DNA of 64,000 bases, taken from a virus. Both the position numbers and the translations under genes were made by a program. Numbering within the stretch: the first letter of the stretch is position 1; the number at the start of each line of letters is the position of its first letter. The notes under the pieces are model-generated. The model was not told the origin of the DNA and did not search any database. It worked only from the letters and a program-made list of their open reading frames with translations. The DNA lies in IMG/VR virus record IMGVR_UViG_3300032304_000826, positions 1-64,000 of that record. One strand, 5' to 3'. Of the stretch, positions 9,536 through 19,365 are shown one piece after another.

Positions 9536-9802
9536 TCACGAATTGACTTGGGAGACGCGTGTACGTCGTCTTCTATTAATGCGGACTCTACTTCTATCTC
9601 GTGGCGTTGTGGCGCCCCATATCCCATCAAGATCCGGTTGAGATATTGCGTAATCGGCGCAAGGAGCGACAAGAGGGCACTTGTTACAGATATCTTTAGC
9701 CAGTCGAATCTGAGTGTGGCTATTGTAGTCCTGCGGAAAAAAAAGTTCCGGATCTTCCTTAGCGCATAGTTGACGGCCATCATACGGATACTCCTGAGCC
9801 AT
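9536..9802 (-). CDS. whiB: second WhiB-family protein
   Basis: CAKEDPELFFP...AKDICNKCPLVAPC...GIWGATT.RDR. Confidence 0.9.
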   Translation of the reverse strand: MAQEYPYDGRQLCAKEDPELFFPQDYNSHTQIRLAKDICNKCPLVAPCADYAISQPDLDGIWGATTPRDRSRVRINRRRRTRVSQVNS

Positions 9803-11012
9803 ATTCTTCGAACCTTCCTTCTTCCCAGTCCCAAAGTAGCTCTACTTCTGCAGGGCCACAGTTACGGCTTGCAACGATCCGCAACAATCTTGAACTATCA
9901 TCGTTTTCATCTTGTCTCTGTAAAGCAAAGATCACATCCGAATCTTGATAAAAAGATGAGGAGTAACCAATAGCATCTGCGGTAACTTGACCTCTACGCA
10001 TTTTATGGGTCAATACCTGAGTAGTCATAACAATAGGTTTTTTATGCTTCTGAGCTAGTCGTTTCATAGATCTCGTTATATTAGTCAAAGCCATAGGGGT
10101 GTTTGCCTCTCCGGTAACCTCGTCAATCATTAAGTAAACTCCGTCAACAAAGATGATATCAGGTTGAAGTTTTTCAATCTTTAACGATAGTCCGGTTATG
10201 GTTGCTGCGGTCACGGAGTCAGTCAAATAAAAGTTATGCATCCCATCCATATGATCTAAAGTTTTTTGGTACCTAGCTTCTTCCAAAGGAGTTAGGGCAC
10301 CTCGTATTAAACGACCATGCGATATATGGGCACGCATAGAGTCGTGTCTACGCTGCTGCTCCATATTGCTCATCTCAAAAGATTGATACAAAGGTACAAA
10401 CCCATCTTCGTGAGTATTTACCGCCATCTGCAAAGACAGCACTGACTTACCAGTTTTAGGTGGGGCAATTACTGTGACTAGTTGACCTGGCTGTAATCCC
10501 GCTGTAGCCACATCCATTACTTGAAAACCAGTAGCAATTCCTAGTAACCCATTTGGTCGAGTCTTAATGTTTAAGTACTCGTCGTATCGAGTCTGTGTAT
10601 TTTTAGTTAAATCTATGTCGCTAGTTTGAGAAGCACCTTCGTCAGATAGTTTAGCTACGCCTGAGCCCATCAAAGCTATAGCAGAGTCATGGTCTCCAGC
10701 AGATACTGCGTCCGCAGCAAGTTGTACTACCTCGATAGTCTTTTGACGTTTGCGATACTCAACTAACTGATCTAACAAATATGAAATTGAGTCGTCAACA
10801 GCTAAAAGGCGATAGGTAGGAAAGTTATCTTTTACTGTTGTAGCTGTAGGGACTTCACTGTACTTAGTCCAATGCTGCCGTATAAATTTCCATACGGCGC
10901 GATTCTCATCGACGTAAAACCACTCGTCTTGTAATCCGCGCCCTAGTAATTCGGAGATATCCCTATCGCGTACAGCTTTAGAGATTAATCTGATCTCATT
11001 GTCAGCTGCCAC
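9780..11012 (-). CDS. dnaB: DnaB-like replicative helicase
   Basis: GIATGF...GLQPGQL..IAPPKTGKS, SFEMS, IFVDG, QDSD, SRN; GTG start with SD GGGAGG. Confidence 0.92.
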   Translation of the reverse strand: MAADNEIRLISKAVRDRDISELLGRGLQDEWFYVDENRAVWKFIRQHWTKYSEVPTATTVKDNFPTYRLLAVDDSISYLLDQLVEYRKRQKTIEVVQLAADAVSAGDHDSAIALMGSGVAKLSDEGASQTSDIDLTKNTQTRYDEYLNIKTRPNGLLGIATGFQVMDVATAGLQPGQLVTVIAPPKTGKSVLSLQMAVNTHEDGFVPLYQSFEMSNMEQQRRHDSMRAHISHGRLIRGALTPLEEARYQKTLDHMDGMHNFYLTDSVTAATITGLSLKIEKLQPDIIFVDGVYLMIDEVTGEANTPMALTNITRSMKRLAQKHKKPIVMTTQVLTHKMRRGQVTADAIGYSSSFYQDSDVIFALQRQDENDDSSRLLRIVASRNCGPAEVELLWDWEEGRFEEYGSGVSV

Positions 11013-11418
11013 TGTTAATCCTCCCCATATCAATAAACTTTCCGCCGTATCTTAAGCCACGTTCAGGTATATCCACAACTCCTACCAACTCTGGTCGATA
11101 GGGTAGTTCGCTTACTAAATCTGAGATGGTTTGATATGAAGTGCAGTAGTTAAAGGGGTTTGTCCCCAGGTTATCTAAATCTTCTAATATTTCTTTCATT
11201 TCTTTTTTTGTGTACCCAAATCCAGCGATCTCCATAGAGTAGCCAAACTTTTGTGCAAAATTCCAAAACAGGGATAGGGATCGACGGTTATAGGTAACCT
11301 CTTCTTTAAAAACAGGTATACCTAAAACTTTTTTCATTTCAGGTTTGCGGTCTAGTATGCAATCAAGAGTTACTACAACTCTCATTGGAACTTCGTTTGA
11401 TATGTCCCCCCCTTTCAT
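11002..11418 (-). CDS. hypothetical protein (possible degenerate HAD fold)
   Basis: VVVTLDCIL; operon position. Confidence 0.65.
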   Translation of the reverse strand: MKGGDISNEVPMRVVVTLDCILDRKPEMKKVLGIPVFKEEVTYNRRSLSLFWNFAQKFGYSMEIAGFGYTKKEMKEILEDLDNLGTNPFNYCTSYQTISDLVSELPYRPELVGVVDIPERGLRYGGKFIDMGRINSGS

Positions 11419-11420
11419 CT

Positions 11421-11681
11421 CTACCCTACTTTTACTTGACCATAGCGGAGCACTAAATCACGAAACTTATCTGGAGATTTAGTAGAATCTGCTACCTCAG
11501 ATTTAGAGGCGGATCTTTTTATCTCTTTCTCTACAAGAGGCTCAACTTGTGTGGTGTGCTTGCATTTAGCTCGTAAGCTAAACCCAGTACAACTACAACG
11601 CATTTTTCCCTCATCATTTATTTGAACTTCGCTAACACCTGTCGATAGCGATATAAAAAACTGAACTGTTCTCCAAGTCAT
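11421..11681 (-). CDS. SWIM Zn-finger protein
   Basis: CSCTGF...CKH. Confidence 0.75.
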   Translation of the reverse strand: MTWRTVQFFISLSTGVSEVQINDEGKMRCSCTGFSLRAKCKHTTQVEPLVEKEIKRSASKSEVADSTKSPDKFRDLVLRYGQVKVG

Positions 11682-12385
11682 AATGCTCTCCGATCTCCTT
11701 CTGCTGACTCTACAACGATTGGCATAAATGCTTCTTTAACAAAACTACCCATAGGTTGTCCGTAGGTATCGCCCCAGTCCTTGATAGGCACGTTAGTCGT
11801 TACTATAGTCGGAAGGCCAGCATTAAAGCGAGCCCGCAGTAAAGCATCAAAAGTATTTTCTGCCCAACCTGACGCGGTCCGATATTCCTTACCGATGTCA
11901 TCTAAAACTAAAACTTTAATGTTTAGGTGTTCCGGCGCATCCCCATAGATCCCGTCCATAAGGTTTTGAATTTCATTGTCAGCGTCCTCTTCCCAGTTTC
12001 GCTTTTGCATCCGTAGAAGCTTGGGATAATCCGTAAAATACGCCGGACGGAGGGGAAGCCTTTCCGGTGTACCTATGACGTCCCGTGGGATAGTCCTTAA
12101 AAGCTCCTGGAGGACCGTAGAGGCCAGAGTAGTCTTCCCGTGACCAGGTTTACCCACCAGAAGTAAACCTAGGCCACAGGTGGACGTTCCACGCGCTTTT
12201 ATGACATTTCCCAACCTGACCGAATTAAGCCAAGCTTCTACAGAATCTAATAAGGGCCCTTGACCCTGGATGTGAGCGTATGGGCGAAGATCAGAAATCT
12301 CTAGCCCGATGCTCTTCATTGGGAGGCCCGCGGCATTTATCTGAGCCCGCACACTTGGTGCGAGATCTTTTAAGTTATAACTCAT
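11678..12385 (-). CDS. DnaC/IstB-like AAA+ helicase loader
   Basis: GKPGHGKT, LVLDDIGKE, RF...PTIVTTN, G.DRR. Confidence 0.88.
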   Translation of the reverse strand: MSYNLKDLAPSVRAQINAAGLPMKSIGLEISDLRPYAHIQGQGPLLDSVEAWLNSVRLGNVIKARGTSTCGLGLLLVGKPGHGKTTLASTVLQELLRTIPRDVIGTPERLPLRPAYFTDYPKLLRMQKRNWEEDADNEIQNLMDGIYGDAPEHLNIKVLVLDDIGKEYRTASGWAENTFDALLRARFNAGLPTIVTTNVPIKDWGDTYGQPMGSFVKEAFMPIVVESAEGDRRAL

Positions 12386-13269
12386 TTGCCCTCCAACAGT
12401 TTTAACAGACGTTCTTGATTAGCAAGAGCATCCTCGTCGACAAAATCAGTTTCTGCAACTCGAGAAGTAATTCCGTGGATAGTTGGGTAGAAGGCGATAA
12501 ACCTGCGCCATATCGGTTGACCTATGCCGGCATCATTCAAAAGTCTAGGGTCAGCAAAGAACACACGGATTGCTTTTAGGATTGAAAGGTTTGTTGCGTC
12601 AGACTCTGAGATAGTTTTATTAATCCACTTCGCTAACTGCTCGCCGTTAATCTGACCTGGGATACCAGAAGCCTTTTCACGGACTAGGTCGTAAAACTCT
12701 GAGACAAGATCTTTCGAGTTCCAGGTTTCCTCTGGACGCTCGTACCTACGCATGCTTGCTGGTACAGCCTCAAACTTAGTTTTCTTGTACTTGGCATTAC
12801 GCATTGCCTTTTTGTCTTCAATCTTTCCGACAGCCCCAGGAGACTCGTCAATATCAGATCTCTTCTTTGGTAAATTCTCATCTAGGTTTGGCCAGCCCAT
12901 TTCGATTCCTTCCTTCGGTTTCAGCGCAGCTGAAGTATTAGAAGTACGTAGTACTTCTAATACATTTAGACTAGTAGTTATATCATTAGTATTAAGTAAG
13001 CTATATAGAGCGCCTGGATTACCGACGCCTGATAATCCGTCGTCGGTGAACTTCAAAGTAGTGCGCCATTGACCCCCAACTTGTGCTTTTACGGCTTTTA
13101 TGTATCCCGCATCTTTGAGTTCTTTCATGGCAGAACGGATCGCGTCCCGACCTTCAGGGACTGCTGTAGATATTTCGTCGGCAGATAAAACTCTGCCAGT
13201 CTCTATATAGAACGCATAGAGCCCGCGAGCGCGTAGTGATAGATATGGATTAGAATATGGTGATTGCAT
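12382..13269 (-). CDS. replication initiator-like protein (N-terminal wHTH)
   Basis: LSLRARGLY...EGRDAIRSAMKELKDAGYI; directly upstream of the DnaC-like loader. Confidence 0.7.
   Translation of the reverse strand: MQSPYSNPYLSLRARGLYAFYIETGRVLSADEISTAVPEGRDAIRSAMKELKDAGYIKAVKAQVGGQWRTTLKFTDDGLSGVGNPGALYSLLNTNDITTSLNVLEVLRTSNTSAALKPKEGIEMGWPNLDENLPKKRSDIDESPGAVGKIEDKKAMRNAKYKKTKFEAVPASMRRYERPEETWNSKDLVSEFYDLVREKASGIPGQINGEQLAKWINKTISESDATNLSILKAIRVFFADPRLLNDAGIGQPIWRRFIAFYPTIHGITSRVAETDFVDEDALANQERLLKLLEGK
12935..12963. repeat. perfect 13-bp inverted repeat inside initiator gene (candidate origin element)
   Basis: GTATTAGAAGTAC-GTA-GTACTTCTAATAC, flanked by an AT-rich tract. Confidence 0.75.
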
Positions 13270-13289
13270 GTAGATCCCCCTCTACAAAA

Positions 13290-13319
13290 ATCTTATATCC
13301 GATCTACCCTCTTTGGCAA
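13290..13319 (-). promoter_or_regulatory. sigmaA-type promoter for initiator gene
   Basis: TTGCCA-18bp-TAAGAT. Confidence 0.5.
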
Positions 13320-13568
13320 ACCGCGCATTTCACGGACTGATGGCCCAGTGAAAACCTGCTCTACCAGTAAGGACATAGTTAGACCTAAGAACGTTGAAGC
13401 CAGGCAATAAATCAAAAGAGGTGGCCCCGAAACCCCTAAGATTATGGAAGAAGGAATTGCTATGGCTGCGGCAAGTAAACCACGCCACTTTCCGATGGAT
13501 ACTATAAGTCCTTCAACTGCTGTTAAAACACAAGCAGTTGCTAGTGCAGCTATAACAACATTTGTCAT
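13293..13568 (-). CDS. small multi-pass membrane protein
   Basis: Three hydrophobic stretches; start taken as ATG 13568 (leaderless position). Confidence 0.7.
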   Translation of the reverse strand: MTNVVIAALATACVLTAVEGLIVSIGKWRGLLAAAIAIPSSIILGVSGPPLLIYCLASTFLGLTMSLLVEQVFTGPSVREMRGLPKRVDRI

Positions 13569-13575
13569 AGGCCAG

Positions 13576-13604
13576 AGGCTACTCTCTAAAAACAACCCTG
13601 TCAA
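13576..13604 (-). promoter_or_regulatory. consensus sigmaA promoter heading the replication module
   Basis: TTGACA-17bp-TAGCCT, ATG 7 nt downstream, embedded in the last codons of the baseplate gene. Confidence 0.75.
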
Positions 13605-16600
13605 TATGGAAGGTTTGACCTGTAGCAGCCGGGGAGGTAGAGGCGCAAGTTACGCTTAATACAGCGTAAGAAGCTCCTGCAGTATCCGCCGCGCTAATGG
13701 TGGCAGCTATGTACGCCCAACGATCTTGTCTAGTTACTAGGGCAGTAGCCGTCCTATTAATTATCTGAATGTCAAAGTCGTCATAAAATTTTATGCTTAA
13801 AGTGTAGGTTCCAAAGGCATCTTCGTTTTCAGGCTTTACTGCAACTGATGCATAGTACCCACGTAAACCTAGTACAGGAACCTGTCCTGTAGTAATACCA
13901 AACGCACTTGCTGCATTTGCGGTTACCTTACAAAACGCTGTTCCATGAGTACAGTACTCGTCAAACAAAGTACCGCGAGTTACTGTTCTTGATAGGTTAG
14001 CTGCTATTCCAGACCAAGACCCTAAACTTCTTTCAAATGATGCAGAAGGAATCAAAGAAGTTTCAAGCTCTGGATAAGGAATAGTTGATTTTCCAGCCTC
14101 TATAGACCAGCTGCTTCCATGTGGAAGAACTTTTGGTAGCGTGTAAAACAATCTAGAATACTTTTCATAGTAGTTAGCCCAATAGTTGCTCTTGCCACCA
14201 TGTGAGCTTTCTTCTCTAGAAAGGTACATATTTTTAGTTACATCTCCAGTATTTGGGCGAGTTATTACGCCAGCACCCGCAGGATCTGCAAATTTTGACG
14301 GTATTCTTCCAAACTCTGCTTGAACCCCGTCTATATAGAATACGGCAGCAGAACCAGACCCGGTTGATAACGAGATAGTTAAGGTAAAGGTAGTTTCTCC
14401 AGCAGCCGCAACTCTAGGAACATAAATTCTTGTCCAAGAGTCTTTATTAGCTTCTTCTATTTCAAATAGGTTTACTGCTTGCCCATTTGTAGATATTGAG
14501 TAAGTGCCTGCCTTGTTTCTTATATACGCCGACACAATCATATCTTCTCCACCAATAGCTGGGTTTGGAAGAGTGACTACGGTGGATATAGATCCTCCAC
14601 CAGCTTTACTTACTTTTCCTTGCTTAGCGCCATACAGTGCTGGGGATATTTCGCTTACTGAAGTAAACGTAGTACCTGATCCTGCAGCCCAACCTGTTGT
14701 ATCTTCTAGTGAAGAGTTGGATACAAAATTAACTACGTTTTTAATTTCCCAATGGCAGTCTGCTGGTACGTAAAAAGTAGAAGTATTTGGGTTTGCTGGA
14801 GTAGGGGCTCCGCTTCCTTGGAAAAATGAATCAAGTACGGGACTTTGCTCTAGTAGGGCCGCGTCAAAATAAAATACGTCGTTAATTTCTGCTGCGTCTG
14901 TATACACAGAGACTTTTGCTAAAGGTATGCCTGAGTCAGTAGTTTGTACTGGGGCTACAGAGGTAACTGATAGTCTTTGAGCCGTAGAGGTAAGAGTTAC
15001 AGAAGCAGAGTCAACATAGTAAGGATCTATAGGATAGTACTTACCCTCTGTATCATTAAGTACAGTAACTTGATCATAGTCTGACTGTTGTGAAGAGTAC
15101 TCAATTCTTGCTTTTACTGCACGAGCAGCGCCACTAGCATGAATACTAAAGGTGTAGTTTGATCCAGGAGCAACAGGCACCCAGTCAGAAACAAAAGCAA
15201 CTGTGTCATCAGATGTCGCTTTTATTTTTGCTACGGCGACCCCAAAAATTTTGGCCGTTGTTGGTGGGTTAAAGTCTTGAGATAAAGTAGCGTTTAAAGA
15301 CGACCAGCTAGAGGTACTGTTATCAAATCCAGGGTTAGGAAGAATATTTTCTTTCTCTCCCGAAACCGTTACAATAACTTTTCTAGCGTCTTGGTATTCA
15401 AGGCTATATTCAGCCTCACAAAATTGAAACATGTCAAAGTATAAATCGCCTAAAACGTGGTCGGTTTCAGCAAAGAACTGTACTGCGGCGTAGACTGAAT
15501 TAGCTGGTGCTAGGTGCCCTACTCTATCTTGATATTCAACTCCATTATCGTTACGGCCTGTATTAAATTCTTGCCAGGTGTTAGTAAAATAAACTGGGTT
15601 ACCAAAAGAACTTTGGCCTAACAAAGCGTTATCTTTGTCAAAAAAACGGATGCTGGCATAGCATACGGTGTAGTTTACAACGTTAGGTGGGTACGTAGAA
15701 CTTACTGGTCTGGCGTTTTTAGATCTGACCCACCCAGTAAAAATATATCTTTTTCCTGGGGTTACGGGGATACCTTTTTGTACATCTCTTTTTGTTGAGT
15801 AAGACCCATCTTCTGCGGGCAGTCTAAACCAACGAGTTATGTTAAACCCACCGGTTGCAGGGCCCTTAAAAGCCATAAAACCTTTATCTCGTGGAGAAAA
15901 AACTGGGTCATAAAGTCCTGGAGATGGGGGAGTTACTGTTACGCCTAAGTCTGCTAAAGAAGTAGCGTATTTTTGATGAGATATAGTTGAGGCATTTATC
16001 GTTACCAATGAGGTTCCACCCGGTTGTCCTATAGCGCCTATACCCCAGCGACCAAGAGACTCCTCAAAAGAAGAATCGTTGTAGTCAAGCATTAAGTTAT
16101 GCCCAACCCGCACATCAGTATCCCAGTGAGTTAATGATGTTGTATATGCAGATATGCCTCGAGAGGTTCCCTTAGTAGCATTAATAATGTTTCCAGATCT
16201 GTAAAGAGATCTATGATAAGTATCTCCCAGAGTAGGCTCATATGAAAACCCTAGATCTTGGATCTTATTCCGCAATAGGGCAGTAGATACTTTTTTAAAG
16301 TCTGAGCTTTTTTCTAAAATTTGTGCCTCTGCACGAAGTCGATCGTAGGCAAAAGAGTAAGCAGTTAAGATTTTGTACAGCTCATTAGATGGCTCTGTTT
16401 CGCCAACTAAGTCGCCTAGCTCACCTGAGATGTTGTTTAGCCACACTCTAGGTATCCACTTACTTACTTTATTTATAGTATCTGTATTAAGCACAGCTAA
16501 AGCTTTTGTATTTCCGCAGCTTATCCAATTAGCCCCATTAAACACCCAAAATGAGTAAGTAATTTCAGAGTTTTGCTCTAAAGTTTGAACGTCTATTTTA

Positions 16601-16860
16601 GCTAGACGATAAGAGCTTATTACATCTTCATCTACAGAGATTCCGTCATATGGGCTTAAAGGCGCACCAGAAAAAGACTTAACTAGTTTCCAGTGTGTTG
16701 GAAGAGGATCTGCGGGGTCGGTAATTACCGATCCCCAGGTTAATGATATGGTCTGATAATCGTAAGACCAGGCAGTAAGCCCGACGTTATAAAAAACACG
16801 GTTGTTTTCTATTTCACCGTATTTAGGAGACCCATATTGCGAAAACGAATATTTAGCCAT
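13579..16860 (-). CDS. large baseplate wedge/tail protein with repeated CBM4/9-like domains
   Basis: Follows baseplate J; KGT..GI motif; four N(L/I)....sFE/FD-type domain starts with F..D..qfE ends. Confidence 0.7.
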   Translation of the reverse strand: MAKYSFSQYGSPKYGEIENNRVFYNVGLTAWSYDYQTISLTWGSVITDPADPLPTHWKLVKSFSGAPLSPYDGISVDEDVISSYRLAKIDVQTLEQNSEITYSFWVFNGANWISCGNTKALAVLNTDTINKVSKWIPRVWLNNISGELGDLVGETEPSNELYKILTAYSFAYDRLRAEAQILEKSSDFKKVSTALLRNKIQDLGFSYEPTLGDTYHRSLYRSGNIINATKGTSRGISAYTTSLTHWDTDVRVGHNLMLDYNDSSFEESLGRWGIGAIGQPGGTSLVTINASTISHQKYATSLADLGVTVTPPSPGLYDPVFSPRDKGFMAFKGPATGGFNITRWFRLPAEDGSYSTKRDVQKGIPVTPGKRYIFTGWVRSKNARPVSSTYPPNVVNYTVCYASIRFFDKDNALLGQSSFGNPVYFTNTWQEFNTGRNDNGVEYQDRVGHLAPANSVYAAVQFFAETDHVLGDLYFDMFQFCEAEYSLEYQDARKVIVTVSGEKENILPNPGFDNSTSSWSSLNATLSQDFNPPTTAKIFGVAVAKIKATSDDTVAFVSDWVPVAPGSNYTFSIHASGAARAVKARIEYSSQQSDYDQVTVLNDTEGKYYPIDPYYVDSASVTLTSTAQRLSVTSVAPVQTTDSGIPLAKVSVYTDAAEINDVFYFDAALLEQSPVLDSFFQGSGAPTPANPNTSTFYVPADCHWEIKNVVNFVSNSSLEDTTGWAAGSGTTFTSVSEISPALYGAKQGKVSKAGGGSISTVVTLPNPAIGGEDMIVSAYIRNKAGTYSISTNGQAVNLFEIEEANKDSWTRIYVPRVAAAGETTFTLTISLSTGSGSAAVFYIDGVQAEFGRIPSKFADPAGAGVITRPNTGDVTKNMYLSREESSHGGKSNYWANYYEKYSRLFYTLPKVLPHGSSWSIEAGKSTIPYPELETSLIPSASFERSLGSWSGIAANLSRTVTRGTLFDEYCTHGTAFCKVTANAASAFGITTGQVPVLGLRGYYASVAVKPENEDAFGTYTLSIKFYDDFDIQIINRTATALVTRQDRWAYIAATISAADTAGASYAVLSVTCASTSPAATGQTFHIDRVVFRE

Positions 16861-16868
16861 CTACTTAG

Positions 16869-17408
16869 TTACATCCCAGCTAGTAAGAAAGGGTCAAATC
16901 TAACTGCCTCTGCTTGCTCAAGGGCTGATGTAGCCGTGGTGTTTAAAGATGCGTATTCTGAGCTTCCTACGTATAGAACATTTGCAGTTCCAACCTTAGG
17001 CGCTCCTGCGCTATCTAAATTAAAACCTAGAGTATTATTGGATGCTCGACCTTCAAATAGGTTAGCAGTTCCTGCAGTAGTTTTTACAACCAAAGCTACG
17101 GTTCCTGAAGGAGGTTGAATAGAATCTCCAACTTTTTTTACGTAGGGGCTTACTGTACCTGTTCCACCAACTAAACCTGCTTCAATGTTGTTTAAGCGCT
17201 CATCTATAGAGGTCCAGGTTGTAGTAGCAGAGGTAAATGTGCCGCCAAAAGAAGACGTAAGGATATTAGTACTTGGGTTTCCGCTAAGAGATATCGCCAT
17301 AGCTCTAACTTCATCTTGAAGGGCATTTATGTGGTCCGCAAGTACAGTATCAACTAGGTCAACCTTGTTTGTAAAGGTTCTAATACCTGTGGGAAATTGG
17401 GCTACCAT
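16869..17408 (-). CDS. baseplate/tail-associated structural protein
   Basis: V.ADHINALQDEV.A motif common in fibre-anchor proteins. Confidence 0.6.
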   Translation of the reverse strand: MVAQFPTGIRTFTNKVDLVDTVLADHINALQDEVRAMAISLSGNPSTNILTSSFGGTFTSATTTWTSIDERLNNIEAGLVGGTGTVSPYVKKVGDSIQPPSGTVALVVKTTAGTANLFEGRASNNTLGFNLDSAGAPKVGTANVLYVGSSEYASLNTTATSALEQAEAVRFDPFLLAGM

Positions 17409-17423
17409 TTTACCTACCTATCC

Positions 17424-18968
17424 TTAGAGCAATCCGCCGGTTGGCGTAATTATTAATGCTGCTGGCAACAAATAAGGTATCTGATTCGCTGCAAGGGCTA
17501 TTGTAGCTACACCAGAGCTATTATCTGTGTTTAACTTAGTTAAAGTTATTGACTCTACGCCAGCAATTCCAGCTGCTTTTGATATAACAGACGACAGGGC
17601 AATAGTTCTTCCAAAGGTGTTGGCCTCGTAAGAAAATAAACCACCCGCGTTTAAAAAAGCCTTAGCAATATTTAGTTTTACAGCGCTCTGCTTAAAAGCG
17701 GCCCCAACAGTTACGCTCATAGACACGTATACTGGGACGTATGTAGGCTGAACAATAGTTAATGTAGTTCCTACAGGTATTTTATCAGATAGATATTCCT
17801 GAACATTGCTTTGAAGCTGTGTCCAAGTAGAAGTTGGAGATCCGCCTGTAATTCCTGGAGTATTAGTTCCATCATTTTGAGTCTGCACATACAAGGTTAC
17901 AGAGCTATAAACAGAAGATATTGCTTTAGCTCTACCAATTTGTGGAGTTTGATTTGCTAAAAATTCGTAGTCTTCTAGAGTTACTGCACGTCTACGAGCA
18001 GAGATTGCAGACTTAATTTTTGCGCGAAGCTGGTCTGTAGTATCAGCATTTGCGCCACCAACAGATGCAGCATCGTTTGTTACAGTCAGATAAGAAATTG
18101 ATTCAGGATCTATATTTCCCGGAATAAAGGTAACTTCAGTGATAGCGCTAGATATCACGTTTCCTGAAGCACCGACGCTTGTTTTATACGTGGCGCTTAT
18201 AAGCTGCCCTGTAGGAGGAACTGAGCCATTAACTCCGTCTCCAAATATAACGGTTAAGCTTCCATCCTCATTTTGAGAGGTTGTAAATACTAAGTCTGTT
18301 GGGCCATACTCAGAAAGAGTGTCAACGTAAGACCAGGCAGCAAATGCTGCTCCCTGACCAACGTACACAGTAAGAGAGTCATCAACAATCCCAAAGTCAG
18401 AGATTGTAATTTCTTGGCTTGGCTCACCTGTAGATGACCCAAGACTTGACGGTAACGGTTTGTTATTTACCGGGTTAATTAAGTCTGGTCGATCGGTGTT
18501 TACTGTTTTACCCTCTTTTGCTGTAAGGGTAATTGTTGCAGCCGCTGCAAGCTGAGTTGCAGATTGGGTAGTTTCAAAATAAACTTCCGTGTATGGGCCA
18601 TAAGTTAGGGGGGCCATTACTTGAGTTCCTGTAGGGATATCTATAGGAGCATCGCTTGTATTTGTAAAAAGTACGCTTACTGTTGAGGGAGTAGGGCCAG
18701 AAGGCTTATACCCGTACAAAGAAGCAAAATTTAAAAGAGTCTCTCGTTTTACTGCAGTGTCCACTGAAGTTTCATTAGCCACTCTGTCTAGATAGTAAGA
18801 CATTATGTCTCCCATATAGGCAAATGCTTCTACAAGAACTGACCCTAGGTCGGAAGGATCTGAGGCATCCCAATTTTTATCTGTGCGTGCACTAATAAGG
18901 TTTACAAGGTCATTCTTAAGAGCAGCAAAGTCTCTAGAAGTATAGTCAATCTGTATTTCGTTTGCCAT
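17424..18968 (-). CDS. baseplate wedge protein (J / T4 gp6-like)
   Basis: IDYTSRDF, YYLDRVANE, FGDGVNG.VP, GGA, RAVTLEDYE. Confidence 0.9.
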   Translation of the reverse strand: MANEIQIDYTSRDFAALKNDLVNLISARTDKNWDASDPSDLGSVLVEAFAYMGDIMSYYLDRVANETSVDTAVKRETLLNFASLYGYKPSGPTPSTVSVLFTNTSDAPIDIPTGTQVMAPLTYGPYTEVYFETTQSATQLAAAATITLTAKEGKTVNTDRPDLINPVNNKPLPSSLGSSTGEPSQEITISDFGIVDDSLTVYVGQGAAFAAWSYVDTLSEYGPTDLVFTTSQNEDGSLTVIFGDGVNGSVPPTGQLISATYKTSVGASGNVISSAITEVTFIPGNIDPESISYLTVTNDAASVGGANADTTDQLRAKIKSAISARRRAVTLEDYEFLANQTPQIGRAKAISSVYSSVTLYVQTQNDGTNTPGITGGSPTSTWTQLQSNVQEYLSDKIPVGTTLTIVQPTYVPVYVSMSVTVGAAFKQSAVKLNIAKAFLNAGGLFSYEANTFGRTIALSSVISKAAGIAGVESITLTKLNTDNSSGVATIALAANQIPYLLPAALIITPTGGLL

Positions 18969-18969
18969 A

Positions 18970-19365
18970 TTACCTAACCGCCGTTACTGTTCCATCAGAA
19001 CTGAATATTGCACTGCTTACATCTAAAGTCTTTATTGTACTATCTGGAAGTATTACCGTAATAGTGACCTGAGCTTGTCCGCCGTATTCTGGGAGCACGG
19101 TAGAAATGCTGCTTATTTTAATCTCTGGTAGCCAGACTGTTACTGCCGTGCTTACCGCTTGCTTTATAGAAGTGTCTAAAACGTTTTCATTTTCAAATAG
19201 GGCCCGCATAAGGTCTGTGCCGTAGGATGTAAGCATTGGTCGTTGCCCTACGTTTGTAGATAGTAGGGTCAATAAGCGGTCTAACCAAATCTTATTAGCT
19301 TGTTCGGTAGCTTCTGTGGCACCAACTGGGTCTAAACTATATGGGTAGTTTATAGCGCGGCTCAT
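18970..19365 (-). CDS. baseplate wedge gp25/W-like protein
   Basis: LLSTNVGQRPM...YGT.L...LFE...W.PEI. Confidence 0.85.
   Translation of the reverse strand: MSRAINYPYSLDPVGATEATEQANKIWLDRLLTLLSTNVGQRPMLTSYGTDLMRALFENENVLDTSIKQAVSTAVTVWLPEIKISSISTVLPEYGGQAQVTITVILPDSTIKTLDVSSAIFSSDGTVTAVR

Noticed and set aside
9511-9834. N-terminal extension of the 163-aa ORF
   Set aside because: Fully overlaps whiB and the dnaB end in other frames; only the C-terminal Zn-ribbon looks protein-like.
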